32,115 bases of DNA from a virus (Duplodnaviria > Caudoviricetes), in the IMG/VR virus record IMGVR_UViG_3300020043_007451, positions 1 through 32,115 of that record; one strand, given 5' to 3'. Below are positions 20,607-28,657 of the stretch, one piece after another; the first letter of the stretch is position 1; each line of letters starts with the position of its first letter. The position numbers were made by a program, and so were the translations under genes. Under the pieces are notes generated by a model. The model did not search any database and was not told the origin of the DNA. It worked only from the letters and a program-made list of their open reading frames with translations.

Positions 20607-20918
20607 TTATGCGTTCATCATATGATCCAAAATGGGATCTGTTGGTTGTTTCTTTGCTCTCTTTTTGCGTGGTTTGTTTTTATCCACAATCAATTTGAGC
20701 ACATAACGAGTTACATTCTTCTCACCTTCACGTTTGGCTGCAGTTGTTGCATTGTTGCCTTCACGATCTAAAAAGGAGGGAGATAATGGAGGAGCTTTCT
20801 CAAACCAATCGCGCAACAGAAGCACAAAGTCTTCATTTTCAACCAAACGGTATGCAGCTTCTTCCAATCGTGAGCGTTCTTTTTCATCTAGGGGTACAAA
20901 AAAATGGCTTATGTCCAT
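20607..20918 (-). CDS. Small conserved head-module protein following portal
   Basis: F..LLRD and AAKREGEKNV pattern typical of the small gene between portal and scaffold; TAAATA 5 nt upstream. Confidence 0.6.
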   Translation of the reverse strand: MDISHFFVPLDEKERSRLEEAAYRLVENEDFVLLLRDWFEKAPPLSPSFLDREGNNATTAAKREGEKNVTRYVLKLIVDKNKPRKKRAKKQPTDPILDHMMNA

Positions 20919-20966
20919 ATTTGTATTTATGTGGACACAAGCCTTTTTTGTTGTGATAATGTAAAT

Positions 20967-22625
20967 TTACATTGCGCCTTCAACCATCTTGGCTAGATTC
21001 TCAGGTCCAGCAGCTTTGGCAGCTTCCATGGCCATTTGCATTTGCTGTTGTTGTGCAGCAGCTTGTGCACGTGCTTGACGTTCTTGAGCCACAAGTTCAT
21101 CATCTTTGATGTATTGAGGAGGAACACCTGCATTGAGAGAAGTATCTTTGGCCCATGCATCAAAGTCCCACAAGTCAAGCACACCTGGATTCATTTGTGC
21201 TACTTGTGCCAAACGCTGCAACTGACGATCAGAATTAGCGTTCTTCATTTGACGAATGGCCAAAGCAAGTTTGCCTGACATGGTTACAACTGGATTAGGT
21301 ACTTCAGCATAACCACCTTCTACTACTGTGATGGCTTCTTCTGGAGGAACTGGCAACATGCCTGCTGAACCCCACATGGTGAACAATCTTTGCAGCATTG
21401 GCTCAATGACTTCACTGCAGTCTTTGTCAAATGCAGGTGAGATGGCATCAAGCTTCTCATTCACAAGCTCAATGACTTCTGTAGCAGTCTTCTGACGATC
21501 TCTGTTGGCCAACATCTGCCACAAGTCTGTGAAGAACTTGCTTTCAACTGCTTTCTTGCGAATCTCAATTCTGCTCATGCCTGCATTCAAGTCTCCTTGA
21601 ATTGGAAGTGGTCTAATTGCATTCTCACCCATTTCTGCACTGTAGTAATTGAGTGCTTTCATGGATGTATCAAGAGAACCTTCAAATGTATTAGGAACAA
21701 GCAATGGAGGGAACACCACTTTGCCTGCGTAAATGTCCATCATCTTCTGATAGTAATTGAGCTGACGAGCTTCTGGCAATACTGCAAAACCGGGACCATA
21801 GCCCCATGCTTTGTACTGACCACCCCAACGCAACCAACGACCCACATGGAATGGAAATGAATCAAACCCAGATTCTTTGAGAATCTTCTTGCTGGTCATG
21901 CAAATGTAATAAGATGCAAATGGTTTCTCTTTGGATCCTTTGATGAGATTAGTAGATACCAGTCTTGCATCACGAGGTTCTACAACGTGCAAGAACTCAT
22001 ACTCTTTGTCTCCTTGACCAGTTGTATACAAGTTCTGCATGTCTGGTGACAAATTCTCAAAGCCAAACATGTTGACTGCTTTGGCTACAGTCCATTTGAG
22101 CTTGCGCATCAATGTATCCACTTGACCATATACATTCTCTCTGATGACATATGATCCCACTTCAAGATTCTCAAAGTATGTGTTGTTTTTGTCATCCAGA
22201 GCAGAATACATGGCTGATGTACCAAATGCTAATTTGTCAATGAGTGATTCATGACGCTCTGTATAGAAGTTAGAATTGGCCAAGTATTCTTGTGCAAGAA
22301 TTGTGCACTCTCCCAGCCATTTGCGCACACGTGTATTGCTTCTATAATCACGAGTTGGTTCAAATGCAAACCATGGCTGACTCTTGGGAGTAGTCCATGA
22401 CATCAAACCAGCTGAAGCCACTTGAAGGGCATCAATGGCTGTGGTATCAAACAAACGCTGCTCATAGTCTGTTGGACGAGTAGTCTTTTTGGTAATGTTG
22501 GCTTTGTGAGGAGCAATGTATTCAGCAATGTGTTGCCACTCAGTAGCAAGTGTTGCACGGTCACCTTCAAGACGAGTGTACTCTCTCATCTTTTCAGTAG
22601 CAAGTTGTTCTTGATTTGTAATCAT
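20967..22625 (-). CDS. Portal (head-to-tail connector) protein
   Basis: WQHIAEYIAP, LFDTTAIDA, SNFY, AFGTSAMY, WGYGPG, KTATEV motifs; 552 aa. Confidence 0.92.
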   Translation of the reverse strand: MITNQEQLATEKMREYTRLEGDRATLATEWQHIAEYIAPHKANITKKTTRPTDYEQRLFDTTAIDALQVASAGLMSWTTPKSQPWFAFEPTRDYRSNTRVRKWLGECTILAQEYLANSNFYTERHESLIDKLAFGTSAMYSALDDKNNTYFENLEVGSYVIRENVYGQVDTLMRKLKWTVAKAVNMFGFENLSPDMQNLYTTGQGDKEYEFLHVVEPRDARLVSTNLIKGSKEKPFASYYICMTSKKILKESGFDSFPFHVGRWLRWGGQYKAWGYGPGFAVLPEARQLNYYQKMMDIYAGKVVFPPLLVPNTFEGSLDTSMKALNYYSAEMGENAIRPLPIQGDLNAGMSRIEIRKKAVESKFFTDLWQMLANRDRQKTATEVIELVNEKLDAISPAFDKDCSEVIEPMLQRLFTMWGSAGMLPVPPEEAITVVEGGYAEVPNPVVTMSGKLALAIRQMKNANSDRQLQRLAQVAQMNPGVLDLWDFDAWAKDTSLNAGVPPQYIKDDELVAQERQARAQAAAQQQQMQMAMEAAKAAGPENLAKMVEGAM

Positions 22626-22628
22626 ATG

Positions 22629-23033
22629 TTATTGTGCTTTACCAAATGGGTTTTCTTTAGCCATCACTTTGTTCAAAGCTGTTTGTGCTCTTGTTTGCGC
22701 TCTTTGTGGAGGAGCAGCAACTGCAGCTGTCATATTTGCAGCACGTGAACCCAATGCAACAGGCTGTTGACCCAATGTACCTGCTGGCAAATTGGATTCA
22801 ACTGCAGTGGTAAGACCTGGTTGTGACAAAATTGTGGAACGCAATCCTTTGCGTTGCACTGCCATTTTGCTGAAAGAAGTATCTGCACCACCTTGTACTT
22901 CTTCATAAGGGGCCATTGCAGGAGGTGGAGCCTTGGGTTTTTGTGCGCCGCCTTTGTTGCAGAGAGGTTTTCTTGAGTCCACATGCATCAAGATTGCTGG
23001 CATTTCCATGAAAAGATCGAGGATATCACTCAT
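22629..23033 (-). CDS. Small virion protein upstream of portal (T7 gp7.3-like position)
   Basis: CNKGGAQKPKAPPP and RKGLRSTILS motifs; synteny. Confidence 0.55.
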   Translation of the reverse strand: MSDILDLFMEMPAILMHVDSRKPLCNKGGAQKPKAPPPAMAPYEEVQGGADTSFSKMAVQRKGLRSTILSQPGLTTAVESNLPAGTLGQQPVALGSRAANMTAAVAAPPQRAQTRAQTALNKVMAKENPFGKAQ

Positions 23034-23045
23034 ATATCAGTGTAT

Positions 23046-23348
23046 TTATGCTTTTATACCACATTTGTGTATGAACCTGGAATAATCATATGTCTTGACT
23101 TTTTTGTTTTTCTCAAATGAAATGGTCAATGGTTCAAATGGAATGAGACGCATCAACTGCATCAAATCACCTACCACAAAATGCACCAGTAAATCCTTTG
23201 TGTGTTCATCATAATTGGCAATGACAAAGCAGTCAGGACTCTTGTAAACATATCCTGTATCACTTGCTAAACATGCTGCCATTTCTTCATCAAAGTCAGA
23301 ATGTTGATCAATGAGTTGAATGGCTTGGTGTATTATTGGTTTAGTCAA
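23046..23348 (-). CDS. Hypothetical, possibly degenerate GNAT-like protein
   Basis: GYVYKSPDCFVIA...LLVHFVVGDL...ISFEK pattern. Start uncertain (TTG at 23348 overlapping the terL end, or ATG at 23390). Confidence 0.5.
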   Translation of the reverse strand: MTKPIIHQAIQLIDQHSDFDEEMAACLASDTGYVYKSPDCFVIANYDEHTKDLLVHFVVGDLMQLMRLIPFEPLTISFEKNKKVKTYDYSRFIHKCGIKA

Positions 23349-24927
23349 AACGAAAATCTCCTTTCTGCATTGCTGGTCTTTGACGCGCATAAGTGTTGTG
23401 CATTACAGTTCCACTAGTGATGTAGCTCAATTCCATGGCTTCAGCAATGTATCTGAATGCATCAGCACCATTGGAGTAGATGTCATGCAATGGTTGACCA
23501 CTCTTCTCGTTCTTCTTGTAGTTCTCCAAGCATTGAATGAGTGAAGGAAGTGTTTCTCCATCTTCTCCCATGAATCTATCATTGCATTTGACGTCAAACC
23601 AGCATTTGGGTAATAGATTACGACAAGTTCTGATGCCATTCCAGCGATTGTCAGTCACAGGCAGCACAATCAATTGCTTGGAACTGATGCCAGCCTCTGT
23701 CAAATAAGCTGTGTATGGTTTGGCATTGCCATAATCTCTGCGACCAGCATCATGTGGAAGAAAGTGTTTGTCAATGATTACATCAAACTCTTGTTCCCAT
23801 TTCTTCATGCATTGTGCTACTTTGGATGCACCACTGCCTGTTGTAGAGAAGTATCTGTGCAGCAATATGTCTCTGCCAGCAATCTGAAACAAAATGCCAC
23901 ATGTTGCATCTCTGACACCCAAATCCCATGCTGTGTAAAATGCATAACCTGGTTCTTTGGTTAATGATCTGATTCTGTTGCTGGCTTTGACATTCATCAT
24001 TTGTGGATAAATGGCACCACTCTTGGATGAACGCACACTCTCTTCAAATGTAGAAGGATACTGTGAATATATGTCATCACCAATTTCTCTCTTCTTGGTG
24101 TAATACCAAATCTGCTGCTGTGGAGTGCACACAATGCTGAATTGTGATTTGAGCTGATCAAAGTATTGCTGAGTCTCTTGATCAATGATGCTAGTGTCTG
24201 TACTTGCAACTTGATATGATGGGTGTTCAAACCAGGGCTTGAAGATGAGTTTGTATTGTGTTTTTTCCAATTGCATTTTATTCTTATTTTCAAGACCCAA
24301 TTGCAGCAAATCATAGAAGATGCCATGAGCTCCTTCTGCTGTAGATTCAATGATCAATTGCGCATCTGGTGCTACAGAGTTGAGTGATCCTCTTTTGATC
24401 TTGGCTGCTCTGTCTGGTGCATGAATGGAAAGTGGTCCAAGTTCTGATATCCATTGCAATTGCGGAGTAGAACCCATGGTGGTTGTGCTGGCTGTAAACA
24501 CACTGCCATTGCTCCATCTCAATTCGTGTTTGGATTCACTGGTCAATTGTATCTCTTGTTTGACTCTTTGCCAAATGGCTCTGAGAGCGGGATTGTCAAT
24601 GTTTTCTGAACTGTAATGCCAAGCTGTCTTGAGCATTTCCAATTTGTCAAAAGCACTTTGCTCTTTGTAGTCAATGACACTTGCTCTGAAGTTCTTGTTG
24701 AACAAACACTGATCCAAACAATACAGTGCAATCAATGTGCTGTATCCAATTTTACGACACTTGTTGATGATGATTCTGTTGTGCATGTTTTGCACCAATT
24801 CTCTTTGTGCATCCCTTAGTTTGAATTGGATAATAGACTTTCCATCCATTGGCACTTCTGGAATGATGCAATACAAGTTATCCAAGCGCCATTTCCAATC
24901 TGATAGTCTTTCGTACACTTTGTTCAT
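23341..24927 (-). CDS. terL: Terminase large subunit
   Basis: WRLDNLY, Walker A-like KCRKIGYST, WISELG, IIESTAEG, nuclease AWDLG, HFLPHDA, GADAFRY. ATGA-coupled start at 24927. Confidence 0.93.
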   Translation of the reverse strand: MNKVYERLSDWKWRLDNLYCIIPEVPMDGKSIIQFKLRDAQRELVQNMHNRIIINKCRKIGYSTLIALYCLDQCLFNKNFRASVIDYKEQSAFDKLEMLKTAWHYSSENIDNPALRAIWQRVKQEIQLTSESKHELRWSNGSVFTASTTTMGSTPQLQWISELGPLSIHAPDRAAKIKRGSLNSVAPDAQLIIESTAEGAHGIFYDLLQLGLENKNKMQLEKTQYKLIFKPWFEHPSYQVASTDTSIIDQETQQYFDQLKSQFSIVCTPQQQIWYYTKKREIGDDIYSQYPSTFEESVRSSKSGAIYPQMMNVKASNRIRSLTKEPGYAFYTAWDLGVRDATCGILFQIAGRDILLHRYFSTTGSGASKVAQCMKKWEQEFDVIIDKHFLPHDAGRRDYGNAKPYTAYLTEAGISSKQLIVLPVTDNRWNGIRTCRNLLPKCWFDVKCNDRFMGEDGETLPSLIQCLENYKKNEKSGQPLHDIYSNGADAFRYIAEAMELSYITSGTVMHNTYARQRPAMQKGDFRFD

Positions 24928-25112
24928 ATGTGTTTCCAAGTTAAGCGTTTCACAATGCAAGCTATGCACGTTGCATCTACATCAAATCTCATTGCCAATT
25001 GTTTGTAAGTGTATTCACCTGCTGCATACAATTGTCTGATGGCTACAACATCTGCTTCTTTGAGCTTGGCTGTGGTGTGTAGTTCCCCTGCACTCTGATA
25101 TTTGTTCTTCAT
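24924..25112 (-). CDS. Small HTH DNA-binding protein (HNH-associated C-terminal domain type)
   Basis: GELHTTAKLKEADVVAIR...YKQLAMRFDV...I..IVKRLTWKHI; ATGA overlaps at both ends. Confidence 0.7.
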   Translation of the reverse strand: MKNKYQSAGELHTTAKLKEADVVAIRQLYAAGEYTYKQLAMRFDVDATCIACIVKRLTWKHI

Positions 25113-25546
25113 TCAAACAGTTTGTCTAGAGCTTCAATGAGTTCAGGAGTAGCATTGTGAGTTTGTTTGATCTCTCCACTGTGCTCAATCTTTTGTGTAA
25201 ACATGTGCTGCAACTTGGCAGACAATTCAATTGCTTTGATTTTATCACTAGTCTTGTCTGCTGCATTCTCCACAATTGCTCTTAGGAACTCCAGCTTCTC
25301 TTGCAATGACATGACATTCTGTTTGCGAATCTCCTCTGCCATTCTCTCAAACTCTGCCTTGATCTTGGGAAGCTTCAAGTACTTGCACAATTCTACTTTG
25401 TTGGTTTCATACTTGCGTTTGGTAAACTTGGGAAATGCTTCAAGATAACAGTCCATGTTGGTTCTGTCTTGCTGCATAATGAGCTTGCAGAACTTTACAT
25501 CTTGTACTGAAAGTGTCTCTGTTGATTTGATATATTCTTTGGACAT
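25109..25546 (-). CDS. terS: Terminase small subunit
   Basis: N-terminal HTH-like region, SDKIKAIELSAKLQHMFTQKIEHSGEI; upstream of terL. Confidence 0.8.
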   Translation of the reverse strand: MSKEYIKSTETLSVQDVKFCKLIMQQDRTNMDCYLEAFPKFTKRKYETNKVELCKYLKLPKIKAEFERMAEEIRKQNVMSLQEKLEFLRAIVENAADKTSDKIKAIELSAKLQHMFTQKIEHSGEIKQTHNATPELIEALDKLFE

Positions 25547-25586
25547 ATCAGCTATTTATGTCTTTGTGTCCACTTTGTTGATACAC

Positions 25587-25625
25587 AAAAAAAGTCCGCT
25601 TGATACAGACACCAAGCGGACTTTT
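25587..25625 (-). terminator. Intrinsic terminator (possibly bidirectional)
   Basis: AAAAGTCCGCTTG-N10-CAAGCGGACTTTT perfect stem with a T run. Confidence 0.85.
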
Positions 25626-25680
25626 ATGCAACACGTCAATGAACAATCAACCTACACAAGCTTATATTGTATTCAGGACA
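25587..25680 (-). ncRNA. Candidate ~90-nt small RNA
   Basis: Orphan AAGTGGAC-N9-TAAATA promoter (25685-25707), no ATG-started ORF, ends in a strong terminator. Confidence 0.35.
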
Positions 25681-25687
25681 ATAATAT

Positions 25688-25891
25688 TTAGTCTCTCTTG
25701 TCCACTTTTTCTACTTCTGAATTGTATTTTTTCACTTGTTTTGTATAATGAACTATTTCTGAACAAGCTGCTGCAAATGCTAAAAATGTCATGAACAAAC
25801 TCATGATGGGTTCTTCTGTAGGACACACCATAAAGAACACACCTGTTACCATTGATGCAGCAAACACTGATTTATTGAATTGTGGTTTCAT
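25688..25891 (-). CDS. Small membrane protein (two hydrophobic segments)
   Basis: 67 aa; ATGA-coupled to the kinase gene. Confidence 0.6.
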   Translation of the reverse strand: MKPQFNKSVFAASMVTGVFFMVCPTEEPIMSLFMTFLAFAAACSEIVHYTKQVKKYNSEVEKVDKRD

Positions 25892-26316
25892 TTTGTTTTG
25901 ATGCTTGCAATGACATTTGCTAGTTTATCAGCATATTCTGCAAAGTTGTTTTTGTTGGTAATAATAAAGTCAAATGTGTGTTGATGTGGACGCTCAAACA
26001 TTGCATTGGTATCATGATATGCACTGCATTCAATGGTGTCAATGTAGATCTTGTAATAATCAATGAACAGTGAATCACGAATCATTGCAATGGGGCACAC
26101 AAAGTCACAAATGATGAATGCATTGTTGTTCTGATTTGCCAAGTGATGCATGCGTTTGGCTTGATTGATTCTGCCAGCAAGTGAGAAATCCCAATCATTG
26201 TAACACTCTCTCACATGGTCAGCATTCAAATGTATACAGTCATTGAGATGTTGTTGCAACAGTTTGCTGAATGTAGTTTTACCACTGCCGGGAAGTCCAA
26301 ATATTAGTATTTTCAC
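25888..26316 (-). CDS. cysC: Adenylyl-sulfate (APS) kinase-like P-loop protein
   Basis: GLPGSGKTT, LNADHVRE, DWDFSLAGRINQAKRM, ICDFVCP, DTNAMFERP. Confidence 0.75.
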   Translation of the reverse strand: MKILIFGLPGSGKTTFSKLLQQHLNDCIHLNADHVRECYNDWDFSLAGRINQAKRMHHLANQNNNAFIICDFVCPIAMIRDSLFIDYYKIYIDTIECSAYHDTNAMFERPHQHTFDFIITNKNNFAEYADKLANVIASIKTK

Positions 26317-26324
26317 ATGAATAT

Positions 26325-26465
26325 TTATGGTCTTAAGTCCACTTCGTTGAGTGGTATTAGTTCAATCTCTAAAGGTAGTTGTTCAAGCTCTTTTAATGAC
26401 AAGTACGCTCTTTCAGCAAGTTTCACCCGTAATTCCAACTCTTCACTGGTAAATTTTTTGTCCAT
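26325..26465 (-). CDS. Hypothetical 46-aa protein (not in ORF track)
   Basis: MDKKFTSEELELRVKLAERAYLSLKELEQLPLEIELIPLNEVDLRP; TATAAT 5 nt upstream. Confidence 0.55.
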   Translation of the reverse strand: MDKKFTSEELELRVKLAERAYLSLKELEQLPLEIELIPLNEVDLRP

Positions 26466-26470
26466 ACTAC

Positions 26471-26498
26471 ATTATAGAGTGTTTCTGAATCTCTTCAA
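26471..26498 (-). promoter_or_regulatory. Sigma70-like promoter, GAAACA-N3-TATAAT class
   Basis: TTGAAG-N16-TATAAT with GAAACA 3 nt before the -10. Confidence 0.55.
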
Positions 26499-26506
26499 CT
26501 GTTATT

Positions 26507-26788
26507 TTAGTCAATAGCCATTTGCAGTACATTGTGAATAGCCATTTTGAGGTTACGAAATGCTGCAGCACTGGTCTGCCAATTGTGTACAAAGTTGATG
26601 TTGTCGTAGTAGTAAATGGGGAGATGCATTCCATTGATCAAAATGTTGCAGCATTCACTATGATCATCCTCAAAAATATCTGTAATTTCGAATTGAGTAA
26701 TGTGTTTGCGTTGTTTAATTTGCTGCACCAATTGCTTAAGTTGTTCAGTATCAAGATCTTCAGTGCTGATGTAGTTGTAATAGCTCAT
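26507..26788 (-). CDS. Hypothetical (putative early) protein
   Basis: 93-aa ORF behind a sigma70-like promoter. Confidence 0.6.
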   Translation of the reverse strand: MSYYNYISTEDLDTEQLKQLVQQIKQRKHITQFEITDIFEDDHSECCNILINGMHLPIYYYDNINFVHNWQTSAAAFRNLKMAIHNVLQMAID

Positions 26789-26810
26789 GTATTTTTGTTT
26801 AATTTACCTG

Positions 26811-26842
26811 TTTATTATATCATGTTTCCTCATTCAGAACAA
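26811..26842 (-). promoter_or_regulatory. Sigma70-like promoter, GAAACA-N3-TATAAT class
   Basis: TTGTTC-N17-TATAAT; 26811-26834 is 23/24 identical to 27331-27354. Confidence 0.65.
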
Positions 26843-26870
26843 AAAAAATCTGGGAGGAAACTCCCAGATT
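26841..26870 (-). terminator. Intrinsic terminator
   Basis: - strand AATCTGGGAG-TTTC-CTCCCAGATT plus a T run. Confidence 0.85.
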
Positions 26871-26890
26871 CTAATGTTTTTTGATTGTTG

Positions 26891-27298
26891 TTACTGTTTA
26901 TCAGCGTACTTTTCACTGAACCCCTTGATGTATTCATTTACAATCAACATTACTTTGTTGTTGTGTTTCTTAAAGTTCTCACAAGTGGGGTACCAACTAT
27001 CACGTTTGTCCATGAAGTTTTTAGCTTCAACCAAGTTGATGTGATGTTCAACACCCTTGACCCAAATGTTGATATCATCTTCAATATCACATTCACAATC
27101 AATCATGTCAACATCATCAACACTTTTGATTGTTTTGAGAATTTCAATGTCTTTGAATCGAGTGTCAAAGAGCTCTTTGTGATTGTTGATGTTGTACCGT
27201 CCTTGAAAGTACCCATGTGTGTTGTTTCTCAAACGATCCATGTCGTTGTAGAATTGTTCAATGTTCCAGTTTTCTCGTGTTTCAGTTTGTTTGTTCAT
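26891..27298 (-). CDS. Hypothetical (putative early) protein
   Basis: 135-aa ORF with its own promoter and terminator. Confidence 0.6.
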   Translation of the reverse strand: MNKQTETRENWNIEQFYNDMDRLRNNTHGYFQGRYNINNHKELFDTRFKDIEILKTIKSVDDVDMIDCECDIEDDINIWVKGVEHHINLVEAKNFMDKRDSWYPTCENFKKHNNKVMLIVNEYIKGFSEKYADKQ

Positions 27299-27330
27299 TT
27301 TGTGTAGATGTAATTTTGTTTAATTACTCC

Positions 27331-27361
27331 TTTATTATATGATGTTTCCTCATTATAGCAA
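27331..27361 (-). promoter_or_regulatory. Sigma70-like promoter, GAAACA-N3-TATAAT class
   Basis: TTGCTA-N16-TATAAT; near-duplicate of 26811-26834. Confidence 0.65.
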
Positions 27362-27375
27362 ACACAATTTTAATT

Positions 27376-27453
27376 GTATATCAAATTGATCAAGTATATC
27401 AAATTGATCAAGTATATCAAATTGATCGTGTTTAATTGTATATCAAATTGATC
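27376..27453. repeat. Four exact 16-bp direct repeats GTATATCAAATTGATC (iteron/operator-like)
   Basis: Copies at 27376, 27394, 27412 and 27438; internal dyad ATCAA-A-TTGAT. Confidence 0.9.
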
Positions 27454-27502
27454 GGGTTTATCTAGATTAGGGGGAATTAGTTGCACCTAACTTTGGTATT
27501 TT

Positions 27503-27543
27503 CAAAAGTGGTGACATATGATAGTAACATACAAAATATTATA
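27503..27543 (+). repeat. Left arm of 41-bp inverted repeat
   Basis: CAAAAGTGGTGACATATGATAGTAACATACAAAATATTATA; reverse complement matches 28892-28932 at 40/41. Confidence 0.9.
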
Positions 27544-28657
27544 CCATATTAATAACCAGGGCAAATCCCAGCTTGTTTTGCGCAAATTGCTGCAGAGCGT
27601 TTACATCAAAATCTTCTTGAACCATCATTCCATCGTGCATAGGCAGCATCCATTCATTGCTTTGATTGATGTATTCTACAAAAATGCTTGCTTCCAATTG
27701 CTGCAAAATCATTTGCACTGTTGTATTTTCTCTCTTGCATCTTTCAAACAACATCTCCAATGCATTCCAAATTTTAAATTGTTTCAATTTCTCTCTTATG
27801 CTTCTTGCAATTGATTGCATCTTGTTATCTTCATAGTATGAAATTGCTTGCTGAAACAACTCTTTGATTTGTTCACGACTGTATTTCAATGCATCAGGAT
27901 TGATTGCTGCATATACATCTTGATTTTCTACAATGTCTCTCCATTCTGCATCTTCACAAAAATACAACAACAATGCTGCATGACAAGATTTAACATCAAT
28001 GTACTTGGGATTTTTACCATTTACTTTGATGCTGGGTCTAATCTTTTTGTTCATGCAAATCAAAGGATGATAAAGTCTTGCATCATTTCTCATGAGGGTT
28101 GAAATATTTCCTTGTGCAATTTGATTTACATATGGTAAACATCTGTGATACTTGTCATAATCAACATACTTGACTGTGTCTGAACCATATTTCAAATGAT
28201 CATACCAATTGCTCTCAATGGTGATGTCTGCATAATTGTCATGACATTTTTGTAAAATTGCATCATCAAAATGTTTTGGCTTGAATTGCTCATATTTGAT
28301 TGCATGAGGTTTAAAAGGCATCAACAACTCTGTATTGTAATCTCCGTTCTTGATTGCATCCCAATGTTGAACTGTATATCTATAACTCTTTGAGAATGAA
28401 CCAGCTCTGTATTTTTTATTGGTTTCAATGATGTTTTGATCTTCCAACTCTCTTATGAGCTCAGCTGCATTATCTGTTTTTGCTACTTTGTTCCATGTTT
28501 GATTGGAAACATTTACATACATTTGATACATTTCCATATCATGAGATGTCATTGACATCATCAACGTTGACAAGTGAGTTAAAACTCTAAAATGTTTCAA
28601 CGTTAAGACTGAAGGATCCACGCTTTGCGGGACTAAACTGGTAAAATATGTTTTCAT
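27539..28657 (-). CDS. Minimal family-A / TV-Pol-like polymerase (putative primase-polymerase/replication protein)
   Basis: RLYHPL, motif A-like YIDVKSCH, DVY, motif B-like REQIKELF, LQQLEASI, motif C-like LPMHDGMMV. N-terminal wHTH-like segment (IRELEDQNII...SKSYRY). No exonuclease domain. Confidence 0.6.
   Translation of the reverse strand: MKTYFTSLVPQSVDPSVLTLKHFRVLTHLSTLMMSMTSHDMEMYQMYVNVSNQTWNKVAKTDNAAELIRELEDQNIIETNKKYRAGSFSKSYRYTVQHWDAIKNGDYNTELLMPFKPHAIKYEQFKPKHFDDAILQKCHDNYADITIESNWYDHLKYGSDTVKYVDYDKYHRCLPYVNQIAQGNISTLMRNDARLYHPLICMNKKIRPSIKVNGKNPKYIDVKSCHAALLLYFCEDAEWRDIVENQDVYAAINPDALKYSREQIKELFQQAISYYEDNKMQSIARSIREKLKQFKIWNALEMLFERCKRENTTVQMILQQLEASIFVEYINQSNEWMLPMHDGMMVQEDFDVNALQQFAQNKLGFALVINMV

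Noticed and set aside
962-25891. Genome-wide TGA recoding (code 4/25)
   Set aside because: TGA ends genes at 962, 2726, 24924, 25109 and 25888, including ATGA overlaps, and other long genes have no internal TGA.
27376-27453. CRISPR array
   Set aside because: Repeats are 16 bp with 2-10 nt gaps; no spacers and no cas genes.
27539-28657. T7-like RNA polymerase explaining the TAAATA promoters
   Set aside because: Far shorter than T7-type RNAPs, itself behind TATAAATA, and no long T7-style promoter consensus is seen. Not formally excluded.
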